NCBI GenBank assembly: GCA_963748865.1
Contig: CAVVLE010000050.1
Coordinates: forward strand, 148,360-212,359
Length of the DNA: 64,000 nt
From: an uncultured Acidobacteriota bacterium
GTDB taxonomy: Bacteria; Acidobacteriota; Terriglobia; Acidiferrales; UBA7541
Direction: 5' to 3'
Part shown: positions 63,610 through 64,000 of the stretch, piece by piece
Layout of the letters: each line of letters starts with the position of its first letter
Position numbering within the stretch: the stretch's first letter is position 1
The notes under the pieces: model-generated
The model's database searches: none
Told to the model about the DNA's origin: nothing
What the model saw: the letters and a program-made list of their open reading frames with translations, nothing else
Position numbers and translations under genes: made by a program

Positions 63610-64000
63610 ATGGGACTCGTACGCCGCCTGAGTTGGTGTGTTCTGATTCTTGCGCTCGCGCAGCCTCTCCGCGCGCAGATTTCGCCGCGAGGACATTCTG
63701 CCTTGGAGTTCAAGGAGCATCGGAAAAACATTCAGGCCACTCCGGAGCCCACGGGGTTTCTTGAGAACGTGGTGAACGGAAAGCTGACGCTGAGCCTTGA
63801 CGTCGCGACACGCCTGGCGCTGGCAAATAACACGGATATCCGCATCGACAAGGAACAGATCGCGACGGCGAAGGACGCATTGCAACGGTCCTTCGCGGCG
63901 TTCGATCCTAATCTGCAGGCGAGTTTCAATTCCACGCGCCAGGTGTCGCCTCAATACACCGAACTTGGTGGCGCGCCAACGCTGAGCTCGCTTTCTCAAG
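63610..64000 (+). CDS. TolC-family outer membrane efflux protein; only the 5' part is in the window
   Basis: This ORF is not in the ORF track because it has no stop in the window. My own translation from the ATG at 63610 (GGAGGG upstream) gives MGLVRRLSWCVLILALAQPLRAQ...LTLSLDVATRLALANNTDIRIDKEQIATAKDALQRSFAAFDPNLQASFNS... This shows a signal peptide plus the typical TolC/OEP N-terminal repeat motif. Confidence 0.75.
   Translation, partial: MGLVRRLSWCVLILALAQPLRAQISPRGHSALEFKEHRKNIQATPEPTGFLENVVNGKLTLSLDVATRLALANNTDIRIDKEQIATAKDALQRSFAAFDPNLQASFNSTRQVSPQYTELGGAPTLSSLSQ

Noticed and set aside
1-64000. Mobile genetic elements, prophage, integron or defence islands such as restriction-modification, toxin-antitoxin or CBASS-like systems.
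   Set aside because: No ORF on either strand showed transposase DDE, integrase, phage structural, nuclease/methylase or toxin-antitoxin signatures that I could recognise. The only mobility-like signals are the short repeats listed above.

Overview
The window looks like GC-rich chromosomal DNA from an Acidobacteriota-type genome. This is inferred from the gene families present: an ADOP-type duplicated orphan permease, a CarboxypepD_reg-type TonB-dependent receptor, a giant YVTN-repeat surface protein and multiple HlyD adaptors. It is almost fully coding, and I found no rRNA, convincing tRNA, CRISPR array, transposase or integrase.

Gene content from left to right:
- An RND efflux operon (adaptor, pump, outer membrane factor) whose pump gene carries three frameshifts.
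- A methyltransferase gene.
- A 2,444-aa secreted repeat protein.
- glgP and pgm.
- A cNMP-binding histidine kinase coupled to a REC / thioredoxin-reductase-like gene that appears split by a single base.
- An ADOP permease.
- An ArsA/Get3-HSP20 ATPase with a coupled 79-aa ORF.
- A nicotinate-catabolism-like cluster: three-cofactor molybdenum hydroxylase, 6-hydroxynicotinate-reductase-like gene, UPF0280, two amino-acid-synthesis-family genes, nicotinamidase and enamidase-like gene. Four indels sit in its middle, and 84-bp direct repeats bracket the nicotinamidase gene.
- A BNR protein.
- A 16-kb operon of ECF sigma, ZAS anti-sigma, TonB-dependent receptor and four paralogous exported S9 peptidases. 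It faces a secreted 1,100-aa subtilase built like tripeptidyl-peptidase II.
- Three tandem HlyD adaptors, an ATPase-less MacB-type permease and a TolC gene.

The best candidate for an undescribed system is the sigma-controlled, TonB-dependent multi-exopeptidase locus at 37.9-57.6 kb. All family assignments come from reading motifs by eye, and no database search was possible.
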